Assembly (NCBI GenBank): GCA_963739455.1
Contig: CAVUAK010000001.1
Location: forward strand, 1,120,001 to 1,184,000
Length of the DNA stretch: 64,000 nucleotides
DNA from: an uncultured Gemmatimonadales bacterium
GTDB taxonomy: Bacteria; Gemmatimonadota; Gemmatimonadetes; Gemmatimonadales; GWC2-71-9
Reading direction: 5' to 3'
In this document: positions 20,181 through 31,914 of the stretch, piece after piece
Layout: every line of letters begins with the position of its first letter
Position numbering within the stretch: position 1 is the first letter of the stretch
The notes under the pieces: generated by a model
The model's input: the letters and a program-made list of their open reading frames with translations, nothing else
Databases searched by the model: none
What the model was told of the DNA's origin: nothing
Made by a program: the position numbers and the translations under genes

Positions 20181-21158
20181 TCAATCTGTTGAGGCGCCGC
20201 GTGTCAGGAGTTGTACCACCGCGCCCCGGTTTGCGAAAGCTCCAGACACCACCAAACCACCCGTTCCCACCTGCTCCCTTGCCACCGCCGCCAGGCGGTC
20301 GGCGTCTCCATCACTGCCTGCCAAGCCGTAAACTGCCGGTCCCCAGGAGCTCTGGCCCACCCCCGCCGCCCCGCTTTCACGGAAGCGTGCAATGAGCTGC
20401 GCGGTGGGGCCGGGGGCGAAAGGACCCCCTTGGCTGGCCGCGAACCACTGACCGGTGACGTGCTGCACTTCGGCCAGTGCCGTCCCGAAGTCGGGCAGGT
20501 CTTCCTCGACGAGCGCAGGCAACAGTTGCATCAGAACGAGGTGGGCGATGTGTTCCACCTCACGTTCGGGTGGTGCCGGGAGGGTACGAAACGCCTCCGC
20601 CTCGGCATCACCACTCAATCCGGGGCTGCTGGCCGGTACCGCCAGCACGCAGCGCCATGACTCCGGCATCGGGAGCCGGGTGAGCAGCGGGGCCAGCCCG
20701 GCGCCTTCCCGCCGCCCGCCCTCAAGCACGAAGCCGCCCCGTTCAAAGAGCCACGTGCCGACGCCCGATCGTGCACCGCGACTGACCTGCCGGGCCAGCG
20801 TGGCCGCGTCGTGAGGCTGGCCGTACAGCTCTGCCAGGGCGCGCGCCACACTGAGGGCCAGCTGGGTGCCGGAGCCCAGGCCACTGTGGGCGGGCATCGC
20901 CTGTGTAATCCGGATGCGCGCCCCCCCAGGTAACCCTGACGCGTCGCCGTATCTCCGGGCGAAGCCAAGCGCGCGTTCGGCGTCCGGCCCGGTGGCGAAG
21001 TAGCCATCGGCCCGCTCGGCCTCGAGCTCGAGCGCCGGCGACGGCACGGCGGCACCCATTCCGCCAAAGCGCCGGCCAAGCATGCCGCGAAGGTCAAGCA
21101 CGCCGAAATGGAGGCGCGCTGGCGCGCGCACCCGGACCCGCTCCACCGGCACGCTCAT
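20181..21158 (-). CDS. mptG: Beta-ribofuranosylaminobenzene 5'-phosphate synthase (GHMP kinase family)
   Basis: APARLHFG.LDL, RRFGG.G, HSGLGSGTQ, RGARSG.G...F..GG, GQSSWGP. Confidence 0.93.
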   Translation of the reverse strand: MSVPVERVRVRAPARLHFGVLDLRGMLGRRFGGMGAAVPSPALELEAERADGYFATGPDAERALGFARRYGDASGLPGGARIRITQAMPAHSGLGSGTQLALSVARALAELYGQPHDAATLARQVSRGARSGVGTWLFERGGFVLEGGRREGAGLAPLLTRLPMPESWRCVLAVPASSPGLSGDAEAEAFRTLPAPPEREVEHIAHLVLMQLLPALVEEDLPDFGTALAEVQHVTGQWFAASQGGPFAPGPTAQLIARFRESGAAGVGQSSWGPAVYGLAGSDGDADRLAAVAREQVGTGGLVVSGAFANRGAVVQLLTRGASTD

Positions 21159-21726
21159 CCGGGTACGGCCTGCGTTGCGGGGTGTGCCGCCACGTACTCG
21201 TTGAGCAGGGCCCACGCCTCCTGCTCCCTGGTCCCGGCGGTCTTGTCGATCAGGACCTGGAGTCGAGTCGAGTTCCTCGCGCACCTGCGCGGGCGGGAGC
21301 AGGTGCAGCCGGGTCGACAGGATGGCGGCCTCAAGTACCGCATGCTTCGCGCGGTTGAAGCCGATGAACTCGCGCCCCCGCCCCCGATGCAGCACGCGGG
21401 CGTCGATGCGCGAGCGAGGCGGGGTGTCGTCGATTGTCTCTACCTCGAGTTCGTGCCAGGAGCAGGCTGCCTCCAGGACGGCCCCGCGGACATGCTCGGC
21501 CGGACGCCAGGGGAACTGCGGACTGCCGATGGCGGCCTGGGCGAATAGCAGGACATCGTCGATGAGGTTGAACACCGCGTGCCCATGCGCAGAGAGATTG
21601 CGGAACGTCGTCGTCTGGAGGAACGGCTTCAGCACCAGGCGTTCGCTCGCCCCACTCCACGCCCATCGGCGCAAAGTTGACCTGCCCCGCGCCGTCCTGC
21701 GTGGTGACGATGCCCTCCACGATCAT
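21155..21726 (-). CDS. DUF447 family protein (Orf19 of H4MPT clusters); two frameshifts
   Basis: MIVEGIVTT...NFAPMG, KPF..TTT..NL, FIGFNRAKHAVLEAAIL.TRL, KTAG..E..AW. Confidence 0.85.
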
Positions 21727-21732
21727 CGGCAA

Positions 21733-23591
21733 CTACTGGCCGGCTCCCAGCACCGGCAGGTCGATGTACGACGGATACCGGCCGTTTCGGTAGACGCGAT
21801 GCGTCGCCGCGCGGAAGTCACCAGGCGCGGCCTCGAAGATGTTGGGCACGAAGGTCTGCGGATTCCGGTCGTAGGCGGGGAACCAGGTACTCTGCACCTG
21901 CACCATGATCCGGTGCCCCTTCCGGAAGGTGTAGCTCTGCTGGCGCAGGTCGACCACGTACTCGTTGATGGCGTTGGGCACGATCGGCCGCGCGCGCTCG
22001 AAACCCTGGCGGTAGCGCCCGCGAAGGATCTCGCTCGCAACCATGAACTGGTAGCCGCCCAGGACCGGTCCATTGATGATGCTGTCGGGGAAGACGTCGA
22101 TCAGCTTCGTCGACCCAGTCGGCGTCGCTGCCGGTGGTCGAGGCAAAGAGGTGTGCGGCGATGTCGCCGCCGATGGTGACATCCTCGGTGAGCGGTTCAG
22201 TGCGCCAGACGAGGATATCGGGGCGACCGTCGACGAATCGCTGGTCCTCGTAGAGCCAGGGTCGCCAGTGTGAACCCCGGGGGTCGTAGGTCAGCTCGAT
22301 GGGCCGCTTGCGGTAGGGAATCGGGTGCGCCGGATCGGAGACATAGCTGTCGTACATCGACGCCTTCGCCTCTCGCGAGGTGGGCGGATCGAACGACAGC
22401 TGGCCCCCGGCGCGGAAGTAGAGCTTCCGCGACGTGCCCTCCTTCGCCGGCCAGCTGTCGAAGCGACGCCACCGGTTGCTGCCGCTCTCGAACAGCGTCG
22501 CCTCGGCGAGGTCGAGCTTCCCCTTTCCCTTGAGCCAGAACGCGAACCAGGGCGCCTGGATCTCCTCCCGGAAGTACTTCCCCGTGGCGCTGCCGAAATC
22601 GATGTCCCCGACCTTCTGGCCGTCGCCCCGCGACCAGCTGCCGTGGTACCACGGACCCATGACCAGGAAGTTCCGGTTGTTCCGGTCGAGGCGCTCCAGT
22701 GCGGCGTAGGTGGTGATAGCGCCGAAGAAGTCCTCCTGGTCCCACCAGCCGCCGACCACGAGGGTCGGAACGGCGACTTCCGTGAGCCAGGTCGTGAGCG
22801 CCCGGCTCTTCCAGAAATCGTCGTACGCCGGGTGCTGGCTGAAGTTGGTCCAGCTCGGGGAGCGCCCCGCGAGCAGCTTCGTCAGGTTGGCGAGCGATCC
22901 CTGGGCGAGGTACCAGCTGTAGGTGTCGTAGAAGCTGACCGGCGGCGGCACGGACTGGTCATTGGAGAGTTCGAGGTCGGTGGCGTACTCGAAGCCGTAG
23001 CTGAGGCGGAATGCGCCGTTGTGGAAGAAGTCGTCGCCCTTCCAGGTGTCCGTCATCGGCGCCTGCGGGGAGATCGCCTTGAGCGCTGGATGCGGGTGGA
23101 TGCCGGCCATCGCGGCGAGCCAGCCGGGATACGAAATGCCCAGCACGCCCACCGCGCCGTTGTTCGATGGCACGTTGGCGAGGAGCCACGCGATCGTGTC
23201 GTAGGTGTCGGTGCTCTCGTCGACGCCCTGGGGATCCTTCGGGTCGTGCAGCGGCCGGTTCATGACGAACTTCCCCTCTGACCCGAACCGACCGCGAATG
23301 TCCTGGTAGACGAAGATGTACTGCTCTCGCGCGAGCTCCGCGTACGATCCCTTCGCCTCCAGGCCACCACCCGATCCCTCGATACCATAGGGCGTGCGCG
23401 TCAGCAGGAACGGCAGTGCCGTGGTCCCTGTCGCCGGTGTGTAGATGCGCGTGTTGAGCCTGACGCCGTCGCGCATCGGGATCATGACCTGCTGCTCGCG
23501 GTACGCGGGGAGAGAGTCTCCCTGTGCAGCGAGTCCCGTCGGCGTGCCGAGGGCGAGGACGACAAGCGACAGCGATCAGGTACGCGCGCAT
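21733..23591 (-). CDS. Exported CocE/NonD-family hydrolase (alpha-amino acid ester hydrolase/GL-7-ACA acylase-like); frameshifts
   Basis: [30 protein letters not shown] nucleophile, [22 protein letters not shown]. Confidence 0.9.
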
Positions 23592-23609
23592 TGGTTCTCC
23601 AGGGTGTCG

Positions 23610-24267
23610 TCAACCGTGATACCATGTCGGGGCCGGCTCCTCCGCCGGCACCGCATCGGCACTGCCGCCGTCGGCTGACGCGGGCAGCGCACTCACCGGC
23701 CGGTCGGGGCCGAAGAGGAAGCGCGCCAGCATGCGATATCCGTGGCGCGTGAGCACCGACTCGGGGTGGAACTGGACGCCATGCACCGGGTGCTCGAGCA
23801 TGCCGGACCCCCATGATCTCGCCGTCATCCGACACCGCGTTCACCACAAGCCCGGCGGGCACCGACTCGGGCGCGATGACCAGCGAGTGATAGCGGGTCG
23901 CCACCAGCGGCGACGGAAGGCCGGCGAACACGCCGGTGCCGTCGTGCGCGATCCGGGAGGTCTTCCCGTGCATCGGTCGCGTGGCGCGGACGATCTGGCC
24001 GCCGTAGGCGGCGCCGATGGCCTGGTGACCGAGGCACACGCCGAGGATGGGGATCTGCGGCCCCGAAGCGCCGGATCAGGTCCACGGAAATCCCTGCCTC
24101 GGCAGGCGAGCACGGCCCGGGTGAGATGATGATGTGTGATGGACGGAGCCTCGCCACCTCGTCGAGCGTGACGGCATCGTTCCGGCGTACAACCGGCTCC
24201 TCACCCAGCTCGGCCACATACCGCGCCAGGTTGTAGACGAACGAGTCGTAGTTGTCGATGAGGAGGA

Positions 24268-24271
<4 letters not shown>
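23610..24271 (-). CDS. pabA: Aminodeoxychorismate synthase glutamine amidotransferase subunit; frameshifts
   Basis: [42 protein letters not shown]. Confidence 0.9.
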
Positions 24272-25744
<1,473 letters not shown>

Positions 25745-25748
<4 letters not shown>

Positions 25749-27162
25749 TGCCGCGTCCTCCCGGCGGGCGGAGCGCTGGGTCAGCTTCACGTGCTCCGAG
25801 CGCACGTCATCGGGCGGCGTGAGGTAGCCCCACTGCAGCGAACCCTCCTGCCGGTACGTCTTGCCCAAGCGTGATGGCGAGCTTCGCCTTCATCAGTTCC
25901 TTGCCCAGGTAGAAGGCGTGGGTTGCCTCGTCGACGCCGAGCTGGCTGAAGATCTCCTGGATATCGGTGCCGCGGACGAAGCGCTCCCGGTTGAACACGG
26001 TGATGGTGTCCCGGTCGGTGAAGATCCGGAAATTGGGATCGGTGACCTGGCCCTGCAGTTCGCGCAGCTCGGCCTCGGTGTACTCGAGGATGCGGGGATC
26101 CTTCACCGTGACGAGCCGGTCGTCCACCCGCTTGGGGACCGTCTTCTGGCTCACGGCGTAGTGCATGAGGCGGCGGGCGACGTCGATCTCCCGGACGGAA
26201 CCGCGAGCCCAGGGAATGACCTCCGTGGTCAGCACGGCGCGGACGCCCACCTCCTCGCAGATCGCGATGAGCAGCGCGTTCATGCCGGTCGTGTCCGCGG
26301 CGGTGAGCTCGGTGATGTTCCCGATGCCCATCATCTGCGGCACGGTCGGGCCAGCGACGATGCGCCTCGGCGTAGCGCTCGAGCGACGCCATGAAGCCGA
26401 ACCCGATCGGCTCGACGATCGGGTCGATGAGGTACTTCACGCGCCACCGCTCGAGTTGCTCGAGGCTGCGCTCCAGCTCGGCGAACTGCTCGCCGGCGTC
26501 GGGAATGATGACGAAGCGCTTGTCGCTGCCGGCATATCGTTCCGCGACCTCGATGTTGCTGCTGTTCACGCTCAGCACCATCTCGGCCCCGGCGTCGAGC
26601 GCGGTGCTGATCTCCCCGGCATCGAAGGAGTCGATGCTCACGCGGAAGCCGGCGTCCGCGAGCTCGCGCACGACACTCGCCGAGCTCGGGGAACGGGCGC
26701 CCCGGCGTACAGCCGACGTCGATGACGTCGGCACCGCTCGCGCGGTAGTACTCCGCGAGGGCGCGCAGCGCCGGCCGCTCCATCTTCGGCGCGTTGTTGA
26801 TCTCGGCCAGGATCTCGATCTGCCAGGCGCCGTAGTCGGCGCCCCGCGCGGCGCGGCCGAAATACTGGGGAATCTCGCGCAGGTCCTTCGGCCCCTTCTC
26901 AACGGGAAGGCCGAGTCGAGTCGCCAGGATCGCGGCGTCGCCCTCGCACAAGCCCGGGGATCATGACGAGGTCGGTGCCATCAGGCGGGCACGAGTCACC
27001 TGCCGCGCGATCCACGTCGGTGGTCATCAGCGCCGCCACCGTGATTCGCATGACCGCGACATCCCACGCGAACGGCAGCTCCTGCTGCGCCAGGACGCGA
27101 CGCAGCGACGGCTCGGCGAGCTTGCCGGTGACGAACAGGACCCTGGTGGGAGCGGCCTGCAC
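25745..27162 (-). CDS. Dihydropteroate-synthase-like protein (Orf20; DUF6513 + pterin-binding + DUF4346); frameshifts
   Basis: LFVTGKLAE, VAALMT, KGPKDLR, GADVIDVGC, SIDS, IDPIVEPIGFGF, GIGNITELT.AD, HAFYLGKEL.KA, YRQE. Confidence 0.88.
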
Positions 27163-27164
27163 CT

Positions 27165-27530
27165 CTACTTCGGGTCCCCGCTGCGGACCCACTTGTTCGG
27201 CGTTCCCTCGAGGCCGGGGAAGCCGGTGGCCGGTCGCCACAGCACCACCTCCTCGATTTTCTTCGCGAGCTCGAAGTCCTTGTCGGTGATGCCGCCGGCG
27301 CTGTGCGTCTGCAGCTTCACCGTGAGCCGTGCCCACGTCACCGTGAGGTCAGGGTGGTGGTACGCCGCTTCGGCGACGTAGCCAACGGTATTGACCAGCA
27401 TGAGCGTCGCCTGCCAGCCATCGGTCTTGTAGACGCGACGGATCCAGCCGTTCTCATAGTACCAGCCCGGCATCGTCGCCAGCTTCTCGGCAATTTGCTG
27501 CTCAGTGTAGATCGGTTCCTTCGTCGCCAT
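27165..27530 (-). CDS. Pterin-4a-carbinolamine dehydratase
   Basis: AEAAYHHPDL, THSAGGITDKD.ELA. Confidence 0.92.
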   Translation of the reverse strand: MATKEPIYTEQQIAEKLATMPGWYYENGWIRRVYKTDGWQATLMLVNTVGYVAEAAYHHPDLTVTWARLTVKLQTHSAGGITDKDFELAKKIEEVVLWRPATGFPGLEGTPNKWVRSGDPK

Positions 27531-27557
27531 GTCGCCTCCTGGGTTGCCTCGACGTCC

Positions 27558-28334
27558 TCACGTCACCACCCCACCGTTGACCAGCAGCGCCTGCCCGGTC
27601 ACGAACGCGGCCGCGTCGGATGCGAGGTACACCGCAGCCTGTGCCACGTCCTCCGGGGTACCCCAGCGGCCGAGCGGGGTGACCCGCTCGACATGCGCCC
27701 GCCACTCCGCGCTGGCCTGGTCACCGAACGCGGTGTCAATGAAACCAGGTGCGATCACGTTGACGCGGATCGACGGAGCAACCTCCAGCGCGAGCGACCG
27801 GCTGAAGGCGTGGATGCCGCCCTTCGCGGCAGCATAGATGACCGGGTTCTCGCCCGCCATTCCGGTCAGTACGTGATCCCACGACATGTTGATGATGACT
27901 CCGGCACGACGACGGGCGCGGAAGAAATCCACCGCCGCCCACGAGGCCAGCACGGTGCCGCGCAGGTCCACGTTCAGCACGGCATCGAGCTTCTGCTCGC
28001 GCGTCATCGACTTCCCCTCGCCGGTGAGGATGTCGGCTCCGGCGTTGTTCACCCACGCGTCGAGTCCGTCGATGCGCTCGGCGAGTTCGTTGACCAGCTT
28101 CTTCAGGGAGTCAGGCTGGGCCAGATCGAGCGGAAAGACCTGGACCGTTCCGCCCGCGTCGCTGATGGAGCGCGCGGTTGCCTCGGCCCCTTCCCGATTA
28201 CGCCTGTAAGTTATTGCCAGCAAAGCACCTGCGCGCGCGGCTGCGACTGCGATTGCGCGCCCGATGCCGCTCGAGGCACCGGTAACGAGCATCGTCTTGT
28301 TGCGAAGCGCGGGGGACGGACTGGTTGTCGTCAC
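27558..28334 (-). CDS. Short-chain dehydrogenase/reductase, NADPH type
   Basis: TGASSGIG, YRRN, NNAG, YAAAK, VN.IAPG, PLGRWG.PED. Confidence 0.9.
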   Translation of the reverse strand: MTTTSPSPALRNKTMLVTGASSGIGRAIAVAAARAGALLAITYRRNREGAEATARSISDAGGTVQVFPLDLAQPDSLKKLVNELAERIDGLDAWVNNAGADILTGEGKSMTREQKLDAVLNVDLRGTVLASWAAVDFFRARRRAGVIINMSWDHVLTGMAGENPVIYAAAKGGIHAFSRSLALEVAPSIRVNVIAPGFIDTAFGDQASAEWRAHVERVTPLGRWGTPEDVAQAAVYLASDAAAFVTGQALLVNGGVVT

Positions 28335-28395
28335 GTAGGTGCTTGAACCCTGGTCGGCGGTGAGGCAGGGAAAACATACCCGCTAGAATTGGTGC

Positions 28396-29135
28396 ATGCG
28401 ACTGCTGGTAAGCGTGCGCGACGCCGACGAAGCCCGGGCAGCCCTCGCGGGCGGCGCAGACATCATTGATGCGAAGGAGCCGGCACTCGGGCCCCTGGCA
28501 CCGGTCGCGGGCCCCGACCTCAGGGCCATCTGTGCCGCCGTGCCGCTCACGATCCCGCTGAGTGTGGCGCTTGGGGACGCGCAACCGGGTGACCTGGGTG
28601 ACATCGTCTCGGTCGGTGGGCCCGCTGCAGCGCAGGTCGAGCCTGTTCTTCAAGGCGGCGATCATGTCGGACTCGCCCGAGGATGCAGCGCGAGGGATCA
28701 GCGCCGCCTGCCGCCTGCTCGAACAGCGGGCAGATCGTCCCGTGCTCGTGGTGGCGCGATATGTCGACGCCCCGTCGGGTGCGGATGACCTTCACCGCTG
28801 GGTGGAAGTGTGTGCTGCGGCGGGGGCCGGTGGATTGCTGCTCGATACCAGCTGGAAGGATGGGACCTGGCCTCTTCGGGTTCGTTGACGTGCAGGCACT
28901 GGCCTCACTGCGCCGGCAGGCCACGCGTCATGGGACATGGCTCGCCGTTGCGGGTGGCGTTGCCGACAGGAACTTGCAGCAGCTCGCGCAGGTTCGGCCG
29001 CACATCGTTGGTGTTCGAGGTGCGGTCTGTGAGGGTGGCCGGGCGGGGAAGCTTTCGTGTGAGCGCGTGCGACTGCTGCACAGCGCCCTCGCAGACCTCA
29101 CCCGGCGTACACGGCCTCGAGCGCAGCCGGTGTAG
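28396..29135 (+). CDS. MfnB-like (5-formylfuran-3-yl)methyl phosphate synthase (Orf22, DUF556); frameshifts
   Basis: MRLLVSVR...EA..A..GGADIIDAKEP..GPL, SVALGD, LLDT..K, VAGG, IVGVRGAVC.GGR. Confidence 0.88.
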
Positions 29136-29659
29136 CGACGGAGACCTTGAGCCCCGCCGAACAGGCGGCGGCGAAACCCGGGTCGACCAGTCCCGTCCAA
29201 TGGTCCGTCGCCTGCTTGACCAGGATCAGTTCACTGGCGCCGATCTCGCTCGCAATGAACGCGGCAATGCTGTCGCTCGTGATGTCCCAGGAGTGCGGCA
29301 GGGCGTCAGTGGCACGCATCCAGGCATAGGGGGCGAGCACCGGGATCTTCCCGGCATCGTGTGCCGTCGCCACGTCATCCTGGTGATGAATGAGCCTCGC
29401 ACCCTCGAGCTCCTCCACGATCAGGTGCGCGACCTGGTCCATCGCGAGGATCGCCATCCAGTGGGCAACATCGTCGGAGAATCCCTGCGCGCGCTGCGCC
29501 AGCCGGACCTGGTCGGCGAAGGCGCCGCCCCCGGGGACGACGAGGATCGAGCGGCGCTTCGCCAGATCGACCGATGGCCTGAAGCGCCTGGCGCCGGGTG
29601 TCGGCATCACGGCAGGCTGCCCCACCGAGCTTGACGACGGTGATCGGCACCTCAGTCAT
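29098..29659 (-). CDS. Amino-acid-kinase family protein (Orf21, MfnE-like); frameshift near 29620
   Basis: VVKLGG, VPGGG.FAD.VR, AHWMAI.AMDQ, PHSWDITSDSIA, VDP.F. Confidence 0.88.
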
Positions 29660-30662
29660 CCTGCGCCTCAAGGAGCCGAGCCACCGCGACCGCTGGCGCT
29701 GCGCGACTGGTGACGGCATTCCAGGCACCGTCCATCGCGACGAGGGTGAGGCCGGCTTCGCGGGCGGCAGCGGCCGCGATTGGCGCACCAAGGCCCAGCA
29801 CGGCTGCGCCGGTCGAGCCGCTGGGTGACGCGAACGGACCTGCCGGATGGCGGCGGCGATGCCGCTCACCTGTGCCGCTCGCCACGTGAGACGCCAGCGC
29901 AGTGATGCCGGCGTCGTCCATCATTGACCGATCGGCGCACACGACGCGCGCCAGTCGTTCGCCGGCGCGGTCCCGGTTGGCCGGATGCCCGCTCGCACCG
30001 TCGCTGGATGCCTCCTGCGGCAGCGTGCCGAGCCAGCAATGCACGTCCGCGGTGTGGGCGAAGTTGTCGGCGGACACGAGTGCCGTGTCGCCGCGCCACG
30101 GGACTCGGCGCACGAGCGCCTCGACCGGGGTCCGGAGCGCGCCACTGTAGACGAGCTCGCCGCTGGCGAGTCGGTCGGGATCGGTTCGACCGAGCGCCAG
30201 TACCCGACCGGCCGAGATGGGAATGATGTCGGTGGTCGTCGTGCCCATGTCGAGCAGGATGACGTCACGATGCTCGGTGGCCACGACCATGGCGGTGGCC
30301 ATCCAGTTCGAGGCAGCGACCTCGATCGGCGTGGATCGCGCTTCGGCGGGTGACCGGAAGTGACCTTCGGTATCGAGCACGTGGAGGCGCGCGCCGGGGA
30401 AGGCGCGCTCGAGGGCGTCGAGCACGAAGGTGACGCCCTCCGCCTTGGACCGAAAGCGCTGGGAAAGTTCCGCGGTCATGGTGACGGCGTGATTCCCGGC
30501 GCCAGCGCCAATGTCCCGGCCGATGCGCTCGAGCACCGAGTGGAGCTGGTCGGCATCGTGCTCGATCGAGAACGGCACCGTCATCGCCTGGACGGCTCCA
30601 CCAGCGGCAATGCGCGCCACCTTCACGTTGACGCCACCGATATCCCAGCCAATGGAACTCAT
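29652..30662 (-). CDS. Hydantoinase/oxoprolinase-family H4MPT-linked protein (Orf9, MfnF-like)
   Basis: IGWDIGG.N.K, AVTMTAEL, AASNW, D.GTTTTDIIP, D.DRL.SGELVYSG..RTP, RLAR..CAD. Confidence 0.9.
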   Translation of the reverse strand: MSSIGWDIGGVNVKVARIAAGGAVQAMTVPFSIEHDADQLHSVLERIGRDIGAGAGNHAVTMTAELSQRFRSKAEGVTFVLDALERAFPGARLHVLDTEGHFRSPAEARSTPIEVAASNWMATAMVVATEHRDVILLDMGTTTTDIIPISAGRVLALGRTDPDRLASGELVYSGALRTPVEALVRRVPWRGDTALVSADNFAHTADVHCWLGTLPQEASSDGASGHPANRDRAGERLARVVCADRSMMDDAGITALASHVASGTGERHRRRHPAGPFASPSGSTGAAVLGLGAPIAAAAAREAGLTLVAMDGAWNAVTSRAAPAVAVARLLEAQDD

Positions 30663-31413
30663 ACCGGTCCTCGATCTCGCGCGTGGTGTCGCGGTGCATG
30701 CCATCGGCGGGGATCGCTCACGCTACGAGCCGGTCCAGTCGGTGCTCGCACCGGGTCGTGATGGTGATGCGCTGGCGCTGGCGCGGGCGTATCGCTCACT
30801 GCCAGCGGTGAAGCGTTGCTATGTCGCCGACCTCGATGCCATCGGTGGCGCACCGGCGCAGCTCGAGCTCCTGCTCAAGCTTCAGTCGGCCGAGGGCTTC
30901 GGGGGTGTGTTGCTGCTCGATGCCGGGATCGGTTCGCTCGACGAGCTCGAGCGCCTCGGCGGGGCGTTCGAGCACGTTGTCGTCGGGCTCGAGACGCTCT
31001 CCTCGTTTACCGGCCTGACGAGGCTGGCCGCGCAGGTTGACGTGACGTTCAGCCTGGACCTGAGGAACGGCGTTCCGCTCGCGCGACCGGAGCTGCAGGC
31101 GGAAGCGGGGTCGGTCGACGCGATCTCCCTGGCGCGTGCTGCGGTCGAGGCCGGGGCCCGGTCGCTCATCCTGCTTGATGTCGGCCGAGTGGGGCGAGGC
31201 GTCGGCGTGAACCTTGAGTTGCTCGCGTCGCTCCGCCGGGCGCTGCCGCAGGTGGTGCTACTGGCCGGTGGCGGGGTGAGGGGCGACGCGGACATCGATG
31301 CGCTGGCCGGGGGTGGATGCGACGGCGTGCTCGTGGCGACCGCACTGCACCGGGGCACGCTGACTGGACCGGCCGGCCCGCCCGGTCAGTCGGGCGCGAG
31401 CGAGGTGCGATAG
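30652..31413 (+). CDS. HisA/HisF-like TIM barrel (Orf17)
   Basis: MELIPVLDL..G.AVHA..GDR..Y.P, YVADLDAI, G.ETL, SLDL, LLD..RVG.G.G, AGGGVR, VATALH.G. Confidence 0.9.
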   Translation: MELIPVLDLARGVAVHAIGGDRSRYEPVQSVLAPGRDGDALALARAYRSLPAVKRCYVADLDAIGGAPAQLELLLKLQSAEGFGGVLLLDAGIGSLDELERLGGAFEHVVVGLETLSSFTGLTRLAAQVDVTFSLDLRNGVPLARPELQAEAGSVDAISLARAAVEAGARSLILLDVGRVGRGVGVNLELLASLRRALPQVVLLAGGGVRGDADIDALAGGGCDGVLVATALHRGTLTGPAGPPGQSGASEVR

Positions 31414-31889
31414 GTGGCCGACTGGCCGAAGTTCTCCTCCACCTCGAGTTCGAGCAGCGTGAGGTGGGTATAGCCTTCCTTCTCCAGCTCTGCGCGGAGC
31501 CGCAGCGCAAGGAACTGCGCCAGCATCTCGGCGGTGGAGTTCTGGATCGGGAGCAGCGCGCAGTCGGACACCGGGAACACGTAGGTCGGCTTGCCGAAGT
31601 AGTCGACGTGGAGCATGTCGCCCACGGTACGGTACGCCAGCTTCGGGTTCTGCGTGGGCAGGAGCACCTTGTGGTCGATCTCGTCGGCCAGTGAGCGCGC
31701 AATCCGCTTGAGCACGCTGAAATCGAGCACGAAGAGGCACTCCTCATCGATGCCCCCCTCGACCATGACCCCGACGCGGTAGTTGTGCCCGTGAAGTGAC
31801 TCGCACTGATGACCGCGGAAGGTGATGAAATGTGCCGAGGCAAACACCAGGTAGTCCTTGCTCACCTTCACGCTGAAGCTGCTCTGCAC
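31386..31889 (-). CDS. 6-pyruvoyl-tetrahydropterin synthase family (PTPS-I/III-type motif)
   Basis: FASAHF, CESLHGHNY, LDF, DHK, STAE, EVEE; AAGGAGAGG RBS before GTG 31889. Confidence 0.88.
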   Translation of the reverse strand: MQSSFSVKVSKDYLVFASAHFITFRGHQCESLHGHNYRVGVMVEGGIDEECLFVLDFSVLKRIARSLADEIDHKVLLPTQNPKLAYRTVGDMLHVDYFGKPTYVFPVSDCALLPIQNSTAEMLAQFLALRLRAELEKEGYTHLTLLELEVEENFGQSATYRTSLAPD

Positions 31890-31914
31890 GCCCTCTCCTT
31901 GGCTCACTGCATCC

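Noticed and set aside
20181..21674. Apparent DUF447-MptG fusion
   Set aside because: A frameshift near 21270 bypasses the DUF447 stop, which overlaps the mptG ATG (ATGA).
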